DNA from: Parasitella parasitica NRRL 2501
Lineage: Eukaryota > Fungi > Mucoromycota
Direction: 5' to 3'
Assembly (NCBI GenBank): GCA_025201805.1
Contig: MU619330.1
Span: 93,641-127,774 of the forward strand
Length of the DNA stretch: 34,134 nucleotides
Below, piece by piece: positions 21,139 to 31,863 of the stretch. The position numbers were made by a program, and so were the translations under genes. How positions within the stretch are numbered: position 1 is the stretch's first letter; every line of letters begins with the position of its first letter. The notes under the pieces are model-generated. The model saw nothing but the letters and a program-made list of their open reading frames with translations. It was not told where the DNA came from and searched no databases.

Positions 21139-23436
21139 ATGTCTGTAGCCATGGCAACCACACCTATAGATCAAGTTGGTCTTACAGATAATGAAACTCA
21201 AAAATTATTTCAATCTCACAGCTCTCTATCAGAGACAGATCTACTCCATCTGTTTACAACAATCACCCAGCAAATTTCAAATTGGCTGCAGTCGATCCAT
21301 CTATCTGTATTTACTCTAAAGCAAAATGTACAGATGCAGCATGTGCAAATGCAAGATCTGGAGCCTTTGGAATCAGCAATGGAAAGGCTGGAGCCGTATA
21401 TTGACACATTGCTGGAAATCAGAGAGCTAATATCGACCAGCAATGCCTACATGACGACCACCAAAATCCAGTCGGAATGGTCAAGTTTACAGCATTTTTT
21501 GGAGGCTGTGAAGAAGCTAGTAATAACATCTCAGGAAACACACTCTGTAGCATTAAATTTGAACCAGCTCCTTGTCCAAATGGATGATGTATCAATCCTG
21601 CTGTTTGAATTTCAGGAGAAGAAACATCATGCAGCTGTGCCGACGTCATCTCTATCGGAAAAGGCCGGTAGTGAAAGCACAAACAGCTTCTACAGTGATA
21701 GCGAGCCCACAAAGCATAAAGACGACCAAGCAATGGCGGATCTGGAAGCAGTATTTGAGCCCTTATTCAACGCTATGGAACACATGTACCACCGCATGGC
21801 GCAACAGGATGATCCGGTTTTACAAAAGCGGTTCGAGAAAGTGAAAGCGAAATGGGAATCATTGCAGTTCGACCGGGACGAGCTGAAATGGGAGCACAAA
21901 GAAGATCGCTGGCTGACGGTATTCAGAAAAGTGTCGGATCAGGTTGATGTGATGATTGATGGGTTAGACCGCTCAGTAGTGCAATGCTACTCTTTAATCC
22001 AGCATGTACGAGATTGGCAGGCTACCCACTTTCCAGCAACGCCTACATCCACCTTTGACAAGTTTTCCAAATCGCTTCGCTTGCATCCCAACATAACCCC
22101 ACCAAACTCACCCCCACCAGTTGACAAAGACAAATTCAGATCGGTTGAAAAGAGCTTTGAGGCCAAATACAAGTACTACACGCCTAGCATTGACCGCATG
22201 CTAGGTATGCTTGGCAACGGCATTTCCGCTAGAGCATCACGAGACAATCAGACATCACAACGCCATGAATCCATGCTGCAGAGATGGCATCATCTAAAAG
22301 AAGTAATGGACGAGCTACGGATGCGAGATTTAATAGAAACCAAGCGCATGTTGGCGTCATGCTCATCCATGTCATCAGCATCCAGCAGCCCAACTGACAC
22401 CAATAGCAACGACAGTCGGTGGCGCGGTGTCCGCTACCGCACACCAGAACCGTCTAGTGAAAGACAAGAATGGGGGCGTGTACGTAGTGTTACTCCAAAT
22501 CATGCGTTTGGTCGCTCCTCGCCCCGGAAGAGCATACCAAACAGCCCACAAACAGAGTATTATCAGCAATCTCTGCTAAGGGGCAGTGTATCCGACTCGT
22601 CATCTGTTGGATCATCCCCACCGCCCAAACGCCAAACTAAAACCCCAAGGCCCACAAGAAACAGCAGTACGTTAACAGCACGGAAAGAAGATTTCTACGA
22701 TGCAGACGAAAGAGATTATGGCATAGATATAATGAAACTAAGCCGAGGCAATACAACTACAAACAAAAGGCCACCCAGCAGCATAGGAGCGCGACCAGCC
22801 ACAGTTGCTGCCGCTGCCGCAGGGCCAAGGTCCAAGACGCCTAACCCACCCACTTACAAACGCCCAGCAGTAGGAGCAGGTGCTGCAAGATGTCGAAGCA
22901 GTATGGGAGACATATCCACACGGTCAATGTCACCTAGCCTCAGCAAACGCTCTGTCACACCGTCATTGATACCCAGGCCAAAGACACCCACCAGCCGTTA
23001 TAGTCAGCAACAAAGACCACCACCTGTCCCACCTCTACCCAAATATGCCAGCCATAGAAAACCAGAAATAACCATTCGAGAGGATTATACTTACTTTGCA
23101 GATCCAAAAGATGCTCTGGACGTGGAAGTAGCGGCTATTGTAAACGCAAGCCCGATATCCATAGAGTGCCAACGAGCGCAGCCTGGACGCTATTATTTTG
23201 GCAGTGAGCTGAGCATGTCGACTATGGGAGGTAAAAAGATGTACACTTGCAAACTAATGACTTATGAGGACCGGAGGGGAGGCAAATATAAGAATAACAA
23301 GGTCCTGATTCGTGTTGGTGGAGGGTGGCAAGATCTGGAGTTCTTTTTACTAGAGCATAGTTCGTTGATGGCCAGTGATGTCGTTGTACGATCTTTTGGT
23401 GCAACGGGTAACACAAATCATGGCTGGCGAAATTAA
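21139..23436 (+). CDS. Kar9-like coiled-coil protein with C-terminal GAS2/GAR microtubule-binding domain, 765 aa
   Basis: Intronless ORF. Helical N-terminal half with EDRWLTVFR..DQ and SFEAKYKYY resembling fungal Kar9/MigA family motifs, an S/P/R-rich disordered middle with SLIP (SxIP), and C-terminal GRYYFG...KVLIRVGGGWQDLEFFL, the GAS2 signature. Confidence 0.88.
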   Translation: MSVAMATTPIDQVGLTDNETQKLFQSHSSLSETDLLHLFTTITQQISNWLQSIHLSVFTLKQNVQMQHVQMQDLEPLESAMERLEPYIDTLLEIRELISTSNAYMTTTKIQSEWSSLQHFLEAVKKLVITSQETHSVALNLNQLLVQMDDVSILLFEFQEKKHHAAVPTSSLSEKAGSESTNSFYSDSEPTKHKDDQAMADLEAVFEPLFNAMEHMYHRMAQQDDPVLQKRFEKVKAKWESLQFDRDELKWEHKEDRWLTVFRKVSDQVDVMIDGLDRSVVQCYSLIQHVRDWQATHFPATPTSTFDKFSKSLRLHPNITPPNSPPPVDKDKFRSVEKSFEAKYKYYTPSIDRMLGMLGNGISARASRDNQTSQRHESMLQRWHHLKEVMDELRMRDLIETKRMLASCSSMSSASSSPTDTNSNDSRWRGVRYRTPEPSSERQEWGRVRSVTPNHAFGRSSPRKSIPNSPQTEYYQQSLLRGSVSDSSSVGSSPPPKRQTKTPRPTRNSSTLTARKEDFYDADERDYGIDIMKLSRGNTTTNKRPPSSIGARPATVAAAAAGPRSKTPNPPTYKRPAVGAGAARCRSSMGDISTRSMSPSLSKRSVTPSLIPRPKTPTSRYSQQQRPPPVPPLPKYASHRKPEITIREDYTYFADPKDALDVEVAAIVNASPISIECQRAQPGRYYFGSELSMSTMGGKKMYTCKLMTYEDRRGGKYKNNKVLIRVGGGWQDLEFFLLEHSSLMASDVVVRSFGATGNTNHGWRN

Positions 23437-23894
23437 AAAATTCTGTACTTTATATACTTATACTATTACTTCTACATATGCAACTGTAAATCATATTCAT
23501 CTATGACAATAAATTTTTTCGTGTAATACCTGCCTGCTTCCTTCAGGAATTGTTTGGCGTCCTAAAATTCAAGTTGGTTATATACAAACAAAACGTAAGC
23601 AAAAAACGACTAGTAGCGTCTGCCATGCATCCAGACATCATTTTGTGGGAAAAAAATAAACATTTGTTATTCATGCTTATCTTTCATGTCATCCCAAATA
23701 ACACCACTGATTAAAGCAGTTGTGAAACAAGTTTCGTCTTTGACTTGTACTTAAACTCCTCTGAAGCTCTTTTTCTCTCTCCTCTTCTTTCTCTCCTTCC
23801 TCCTTCTTCAAACTCTACATCTTGAATTTCCAAACGGTACGCACTGCCTCTTTGTGGCGAACCAAAACAACTAACGCAATAGCACGTAGGCAAC

Positions 23895-26800
23895 ATGTCG
23901 CAGCCTCAATCACAGCAGCATCTGCAAACTCAACAGCCCGTCCGCGAGCACTCTGTTGAGACTATTCGGAGAAATAGCGAGGTGATGGGTAACCTTCGCA
24001 AACTGATGGTTGCAAACCGTGGCGTAAGTATTGCGCATCAGTCCGGATGTCAGATCGAGATAACAATTGTGCTGTTACACTAGGAAATTGCTATTCGTTG
24101 TTTCCGCACAGCACACGAGCTGTCCATGAGAACCGTCGCCGTCTTTTCTAATGAGGACAGATTGTCTATGCATCGTTACAAGGTAAGTCCAAAGAATATG
24201 TGTGTGTTTGTGTTTTTTTTTTTTCATTAATGCATATGCTTACAAAGGCCGATGAATCCTATCAAATCGGTCAACTAGGCCAGTTTACTCCTGTAGGCGC
24301 CTACTTGGCTCAGGATGAAATCGTAAGAATCGCAAAGGAAAGAAACGTATCCATGATCCATCCAGGCTACGGCTTTTTGTCTGAAAATGCCGAATTTGCG
24401 CGTAAAGTCGAAGCTGCTGGCATCACATTTATCGGCCCTTCTGCCGACGTGATTGACAGTTTGGGTGACAAAACCAAGGCACGAACAATCGGTAAGTCGG
24501 GAGAATTGCGTGTATAATCGATGTGTCCTAAATGCGCACACACACACACACCTGTTAAATAGCCATGAATTGCGATGTACCTGTGGTACCTGGCACTCCT
24601 GGACCCGTTAGCGATTATGCACAAGCAAAGCAATTTATCGACGAATACGGGTTCCCCATCATCATCAAAGCTGCTATGGGCGGCGGTGGCCGCGGCATGC
24701 GTGTTGTGCGTGATTTTGAATCGTTTGAAGACTCCTTCAACAGAGCTAAATCCGAAGCCCTGTCTGCATTTGGCGACGGCACTGTCTTCATTGAGCGTTT
24801 CCTTAATAGACCTCGCCACATTGAGGTGCAACTGTTGGCTGATCGTGCCGGTAACGTTGTCCATTTGTTTGAGCGCGATTGTTCTGTTCAACGTCGCCAT
24901 CAAAAGGTAGTTGAAATTGCCCCTGCCAAAAACTTGGACAACAAATGTCGCGAAGCCATTCTGGCCGATGCTATCAAGATTGCCAAGGCTGTCAAGTATA
25001 AGAATGCAGGCACCGCTGAATTCTTGGTCGACGACCAAAACCGCCATTACTTCATTGAAATCAACCCTCGTATTCAAGTCGAGCACACCATCACCGAAGA
25101 GATTACGGGCATTGACATTGTGGCTGCCCAAATTCAGATTGCTGCTGGTGCTCTGCTGCCTCAACTAGGTTTGACCCAACAGCGTATTCGTCAAAGAGGT
25201 TACGCAATCCAGTGTCGCGTTACCACAGAGGACCCTGAAAAGGGGTTCCAGCCTGATACAGGTAAGATTGAGGTGTATCGATCTTCAGGCGGAAATGGCG
25301 TGCGTTTGGATGGTGGTGCTGGCTTTGCTGGTGCTGTCATTACCCCTTACTACGATTCCTTACTGGTCAAAGTTACCTGCACAGGTTCGACTTACGAAGT
25401 CGCCCGTAGAAAGGTTGTGCGTGCCCTAGTGGAGTTCCGTATACGTGGCGTCAAAACCAACATTCCGTTCTTGCAGCGTTTAGTTACGTACCCAACCTTT
25501 ATGACGGGCAACTGCTGGACTACCTTTATCGATGACACTCCCGATCTGTTTGAGCTTGTGCAGTATCAGAATCGTGCTCAGCGTATGTTGGGCTACTTGG
25601 GTGATGTTATTGTCAATGGGTCTCAGGTAAAGGGCCAAGTAGGCGAGCCTACATACAAGCATGAGATCGATGTCCCTGTGCTGGTTGATGCACAAGGAAA
25701 TGACATCGACCCAAGTACGCCTGCTCCCGAGGGCTGGCGCAAGGTTTTGCTGGACCAAGGTCCTGACGGTTTTGCAAAGGCTGTCCGTGCTCATCCCGGC
25801 GTCTTGATCATGGATACTACATGGCGTGATGCTCATCAAAGTTTACTAGCTACTCGTGTTCGCACCATCGACTTGTTGCGCATTGCTCCGACTACTGCTC
25901 ATGGTCTTTCTAACGCTTTTTCACTGGAATGTTGGGGTGGCGCTACCTTTGACGTCTCTATGCGTTTCTTGCACGAGGATCCCTGGGACCGTCTCATGAA
26001 GCTGCGTAAGGCCGTGCCCAATATTCCATTCCAAATGTTGCTCCGTGGCGCCAATGCTGTGGGATACACATCCTATCCAGATAACGTTGTCTACGAGTTT
26101 TGCGACAAGGCCGTCAAGGCCGGTATGGACATCTTCCGTGTGTTTGATTCTCTTAATTATGTCGAAAACATGAAGCTGGGTATTGATGCTGTCAAGAAGG
26201 CTGGCGGTGTTGTTGAGGCCAGCATCTGTTACACTGGAGATGTGTCGGACAAGACTCGTACAAAGTACACACTGGAATACTATGTCGATTTGGCTCAGCA
26301 ATTAGTTGATGAGGGTATCCATATATTGGGCATTAAGGACATGGCAGGTTTATTGAAGCCTGCGGCTACAACGCTGTTGGTCAGCACATTGCGTGAAAAG
26401 TTCCCTGAAATCCCTATCCATCTCCATACTCATGATACTGCTGGCACTGGTGTTGCTTCAATGATGGCTGCTGCAGCTGCAGGTGCCGATATCGTTGACG
26501 CTGCCATTGACTCCATGTCTGGCATGACTTCTCAGCCTGCCATGGGTGCACTTGTAGCTGCTCTAGAGCAAACCAATATGGGTACCGGCATCAGTATGGA
26601 AAATGTGCATGCTCTCAATTCATACTGGGAACAGGCTCGCCTCTTGTACTCTTGCTTTGAAGCCAATGTTAAATCTGCGGACTCTGGTGTTTATGATCAT
26701 GAAATGCCTGGCGGTCAATACACCAACTTGATGTTCCAAGCTCAACAATTGGGCCTAGGCACTCAATGGATCCAAATCAAAAAAGCGTATGCTGAAGCGA

Positions 26801-27720
26801 ACAAACTATGTGGCGATGTTGTCAAGGTTACTCCATCCTCTAAGGTCGTTGGTGATTTGGCCCAATTCATGGTATCCAATGGTCTCTCAGGCAAAGACGT
26901 TGAGGAGCGTGCTTCCTCCTTGTCATTCCCTACGTCCGTCATAGAGTTCTTCCAAGGTTATTTGGGCCAGCCTTATCATGGTTTCCCAGAGCCATTGCGA
27001 TCCAATATCATCCGCGATTTACCTCCCATCAACGGTCGTCCTGGCGCTACTTTACAACCCTTGGACCTTGGACAACTTAAAGCTGAATTAACCGCCAAGT
27101 ACGGCAATAATATCCGAGATTACGACGTTATCTCTGCTGCACTGTATCCTCGCGTGTTTGCTGATTATCGCGATACTGTCAGTCAATTTGGTGATTTATC
27201 AGTCATCCCCACTCGCTACTTTTTATCCAAGCCTGAGATTGGAGAAGAATTCCAAGTAGAGATTGAAGAAGGCAAGACTTTAATCATCAAGATGTTGGCT
27301 GTCGGTCCATTGAATGCCACTGGTAAGCGCGATGTCTACTTTGAGTTGAATGGTGAAGCGCGTGTTGTTGGTATCGTTGATACAAATGCTGGTAAGCTGA
27401 GGATATTTGCATATAATACCTGCGCTATTAACTCACTAGGGCATTTTTCTTTTTTAGCTGTTGAGGTTGTTACTCGTGAAAAAGCTAATCCTGGAAAGCC
27501 TGGTGATGTTGCAGCTCCCATGTCTGGTGTAGTTATCGAGGTCAAGGCTAAAACAGGACAATTGGTCAAGGCTGGCGAACAACTTGCAGTGTTGAGTGCC
27601 ATGAAGATGGAAACTGTTGTCACTGCTCCTATTTCAGGCAGAATTGATCGTGTTGTCGCTCAGACTGGGGATTCTTTGAATTCTGGTGATCTAGTTTTCC
27701 AAATCGTCAAAGAAGAGTAA
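23895..27720 (+). CDS. PYC: Pyruvate carboxylase, 1187 aa; exons 23895-24023, 24084-24182, 24248-24491, 24563-27391, 27458-27720
   Basis: Biotin carboxylase motifs VANRG|EIAIR, HPGYGFLSEN, GGGGRGMR, ERDCSVQRRHQK. Carboxyltransferase motifs DTTWRDAHQS, ECWGGATFD, HLHTHDT. Biotinyl motif AMKM. All introns are GT-AG and the exon total (3564 nt) is a multiple of 3. Confidence 0.98.
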
Positions 27721-27908
27721 TTCTGATTGCTCTTTTTTTTTTTCTTTTTTTTTTTTTTTTNNNNNNNNNNNNNNNNNNNNNNNNNNNNNNTATTTCACTA
27801 CTTTATTTTACTATTTACGCATTTTGGACTCTTTCATAAAGTAACATTTGTCATATGTTATGTACATTTTTACAATGATATTTGGGTTTTATTCGTCTTT
27901 TCTACTTC

Positions 27909-30900
27909 TTATAGAGATAGAGATTGAGCACTCAGCCAATTTACTTCATCAATGATACGGGTGGCAATTGTAAGTGGGTTCATAAATAAAAAGTGATAAT
28001 CGCTTATAGATCTGTTGGAGTCAAGTCCCAAATATGTTGGTATCTATAAACGCACGAGTCAAAAATCTACATCTGCATGCGTAAATGCAAAAAAAATTAC
28101 CTTTTCTAATGTGGACTCAGTGTTTGAATCATCAGGGAAATATGTAAACAAGATGGGGATTTGCTTTCCAAGGTTATATTTTTGTAAATCTGCAATTAAC
28201 TTATCCAACCTTTGCTTGTTTTCGCACCAGTAGTTGGCACTAGTAATCATGTGTGAGTTATGTGTACAAAACTGGGCAAGAAAATATAAAATACAAAAAC
28301 CTACATTTCCTGGGGAGATTTGCAATGTGTTGATTCAGGTAATGAAAATATAATAGCTCCTGTTTCATCAACCCATTTGCTAGGCAGATCAGACTCTGGT
28401 GTAATCATGCGAGAGGTGATAATGAGGTCTTGGTATCTGTCTTTTCTACTATGGAATTCATCGTCTAGGCCAAACTTTTTACAGAACCACTTGGAGGAAT
28501 CGAGCTGAATGTCAGCTACGTGCACAAGCAATTGCCATTCTTGTTTCTGATTTGGCTGAGCTATTTTGTCATGTATACGAGGGTAGATGTTTAATGAAAA
28601 GTTTTCAGTCTGCCAAATGGATGATTGATGGTCCTGCAGAGGCTTTGAAATAGTATGAGACGACACAAATCATGGAAGACAGATTCATGTCCAAGTTACC
28701 TGCTCTACATGCTCTAGCGCGTATTTCTCGGCGAGCATACACTGACTCACTCTTTTTTTGATTCCTTCATGCGTGGAATGCAAAGGCCGTAATTGAGACA
28801 CGCTCAAAGATGAGTAAGGGTTTAGCGTACCCACACACAAATCGAAATGCCACATACGATGACGTTCCAGAGCCTTTGTGTTTCGTTTCTCAATGCGTTC
28901 ACGTACACGATGGATGCAAGGTGTCATTTTTTGCTTGATGAAATCGTTAGTCTTTGCCACTCGATGACGATGAAACTTTTCCGCAAGCTCTGCAAGCTTT
29001 TCGCGTTGTAATTTATCTCGTCTTGCAGCTTCAGCAGCTTCATTTTCCTTGCGCAAACGTTCTTCTAGCTGCTTTTGCTTGAGCCTCTCTGCTTCTTCGC
29101 GCTTGATGCGCTCTTGCTCTTTTCTAGCTCGTTCTTGCTCCTCACGTTTCAGTATTTCATTTCTAGTCTTTTCGATTTCATGGCGCTTTCGCTCTTCCTC
29201 TTCTTGTTTTTTCAAAGCCCTTTGTTGCTCTTCACGTACTGAAGCTTGTTTTGCAGCCTCTTCTTGTCGCTTCTTCTCCATGGCAACCTCCACTTTTTGT
29301 CTTTCACGCAATAGGAGTGCCTCGGCTGCAGCAGCTCTTGTGCGCATTGTCTCTAGTTCCAACAGCTTCTGCTTTTGCTCTGCAGTTTGCTGCGGTTTGT
29401 CAATTTTTTTGACCATTTGAGGGGTACTGGTGTTTGTCCATGCTTTGAAAGGCGAGGTATTCGCTGCAGAAATTGAATTTAAATGATTCCCAATTGCCTT
29501 GTTGGTATTATCACCGTTGACTATTTCACGGAATGATCGGCCATGTTTTTTGGGTTCAACTAAAATCAATGATCTTGTCTGGGCAGGGTTAGACAACGGC
29601 TCTATGTTTGTTTATACTCAGTGACATGTAAATCAGCGCAATTGAATGAGAAATGTACCTCTGAACACGGGAGTCTTGATGCGATAATGCTTTTGACCGA
29701 AGCAGATAGTAGGTTCTCCTAATGACATGTCCAAAGGGATGCCGTACAAAGTTACTTCTTCCAGTAACTGTTTAAGAGTATCGTATGCTAAAACTTGACG
29801 AATATGCTCCGCTTCAACACCACCGGCTTTGATCATGTAGGATGTGTTCATAGCCTTTAAAGCGCCTTTACGGATATCAGAAAAGTGGCATTCCATCATG
29901 CATGCCATCAGAAAGGGTGTGCTTTCATCAGCAATCAGCTTGAACAGTTTAGAATAGCAATTTTGGCTTGCTTCGACATTTTCAGGCTTGTTGCGTCTCG
30001 ATGAAGTCTCCATGATTTCGTTGTTTCGTTGTGATAATGCACGCAGTTTAAGAGCTTGAGTCATGTAGGGGTGTCTAAAAATGTGAACAGGCAGTGTTTG
30101 CACCTGACGTGCAATATCTTGATCTCGAAGATGGCTCAGTAAATGGTATGCGCGGAATTCTGCTTCGTTTTCGCTTTCAATGCCTTCCTGTCGCAAATCA
30201 TCGTAAAATTCGATCAGACTTAATAAGACTGCAATCATGACTGTTAGAGAGAGAGAGAGAGAGATTCCAACACGGATCACGCTAGTAGTAACAAACCTTT
30301 GTTTAGTTGTTCCAATTCTTGCTGCATACTAAATTGACTGACTTCACACATTTCATGGACACAGAGAATATGAAACCTGGCAATGCGCTCATGTGCAGCA
30401 ACAGCCGTAATATCTCGTAGATTCTGAAGGGTGAAATCTTGACGAATCGAACGAGTACGATCACGGAGAAAGGCGTGGCGTTGCTCCAAAAGATTGTCGC
30501 TCAATATTTCATCAATCAAGTAATCCAGTGTTCTCTAAGTATATCAACTTGAGAGAGTGTTGCAATGGGCAGTTTTGATTCTACTTACAGTCAGGGTTTC
30601 TGGGGTTCTAACATCTGATGGTAATGGCTGATCAACGCCAGCGGCTGATCTTCTGTAGGCTTTGACACACTTTTCAGGATCTACATTCCCTTGTTCATCC
30701 TTTTCGAATGGTTCCAAAATGTTTTGGTAATCTCTTTCGGCTATTTCAAATTCTGGACATTTGTAGGTACAGGTGCCACGAAAAGAGATGGCTTCATTCA
30801 GCGTAGTGGGATTGTCAGGATCTGGGAGAAGACCGTCTTCAATGGCTTGCTGTCGTTCTTCGACTCGCATCTTCCTCAGCTAATACATATATATATATAA

Positions 30901-31863
30901 AAAAAAAACAGATCAAAGGTTAGTTAATAAAAATTGTCAATAGCGGGTGTAGCCCTTTTTTTTTTTCCACTTCAAATCTTCTTTTGTTATATGTTGGTTT
31001 CAATGTTCAGTTATAATCTACAATAGCGTCTCATCCGAACGATAGAAAGTGAAGGGGAGGTGCATTTGAAGAAGCAACAGTTGAAATGCAACGAGAAAAT
31101 TTGAGGAAAGAAATGTAAGAAAGGTATTACTAACTTGGTCATAAAGATCACTCTTGTCAGTGCTGCCAAAACGCTTTGCTCTGTCTGCTGCAGTAACCTG
31201 CTCCACATCGGATTGCTCTGCTGGCCTGTGTTTAGCTTTTTGGGGCTGAAAATGAAGTTCAGATTGGTGCAAGCGTTTTTGGCGAAGTTGTTTAGGTTGT
31301 CGCTGTTGCTGCTGTTGTTGCTGTTGTTGCTGCTGAAATGCAGCTTGCTGAAATGATCCTTTGTTGAATGTTCCTTTGTTGAGCGCTCCTTGGTTAAATG
31401 CTCCCTGGTTGAATGTTCCTTGGTTAAAAGATCCTTGGTTGAGCTTTCCTTGATTGAAAACTCCTTGGTAGTTCACCCTTTCTTGACTAACCGTTCCTTG
31501 GTCAAACTCTGGTTGGCCAAACGCTAATTGCTTAGGTTGCTGTTGTGCTTGTTGGACTTGTTGGCCTTGTTGGAAATGATTGAAACCAGTTTTGTTGGCT
31601 TGACCCCAAGTTTTTCGGCCTCTATTATTTGTATTGCTGTTGAATGTGTTTCCTCGACCACGACCTCTACCACGTTGATTTGGAAGCATACGATTCTGTC
31701 CCATATCTGTTAGCTGACCAAAAAATACTGAATTTTGGTTGTTGTTATCAGTGTTTTGATTGGAAAATGTAGATTTTTTTTGGAAATTGTTGATAGGTTT
31801 GTTTCCAAACACACTGTTTTGATTGTTGAACATTTGGTTTTGATTAGACTGTTGCGCAAACAT
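27909..31863 (-). CDS. SAC3: Sac3/GANP-family nuclear mRNA export factor (TREX-2 scaffold), ~1110 aa; exons 31863-31135, 30879-30589, 30534-30297, 30228-29659, 29601-28700, 28633-28305, 28239-28101, 28043-27909
   Basis: FG-containing Q/N-rich N-terminus and Sac3 motifs FRGTCTYKCPEFE..ER, VKAYRRSAAG...PSDVRTPETL|RTLDYL, FLRDRTRSIRQDFTLQN, HERIARFHILC, ENEAEFRAY, followed by a coiled coil. Seven GT-AG introns give a continuous frame (3333 nt). The 3' exons are less certain. Confidence 0.92.
30246..30263 (+). repeat. (AG)n microsatellite in Sac3 intron 3
   Basis: Direct observation; a (CA)n run also lies in PYC intron 3 (~24536-24551). Confidence 0.9.
31354..31458 (-). repeat. Seven tandem 15-bp coding repeats, (F/L)-N-(Q/K)-G-x, in Sac3 exon 1
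   Basis: FNQGK LNQGS FNQGT FNQGA FNQGA LNKGT FNKGS, then FQQAA and poly-Q. Confidence 0.9.

Noticed and set aside
24367-26301. Long antisense ORFs (265, 119, 126 aa) over pyruvate carboxylase
   Set aside because: Expected shadows of a codon-biased, highly expressed gene.
30943-30955. GCGGGTGTAGCCC resembling a tRNA 5' end
   Set aside because: No D-loop, anticodon arm or T-loop (GTTCRA) follows; it runs into poly-T.
31354-31458. Regularly spaced repeats as a CRISPR-like array
   Set aside because: Contiguous 15-bp in-frame coding repeats without spacers, in a eukaryotic exon.
5188-31863. Functional gene cluster linking SerB, MsrB, PYC, CDA and others
   Set aside because: Unrelated housekeeping functions in mixed orientation with transposon relics between them; no evidence of co-regulation.
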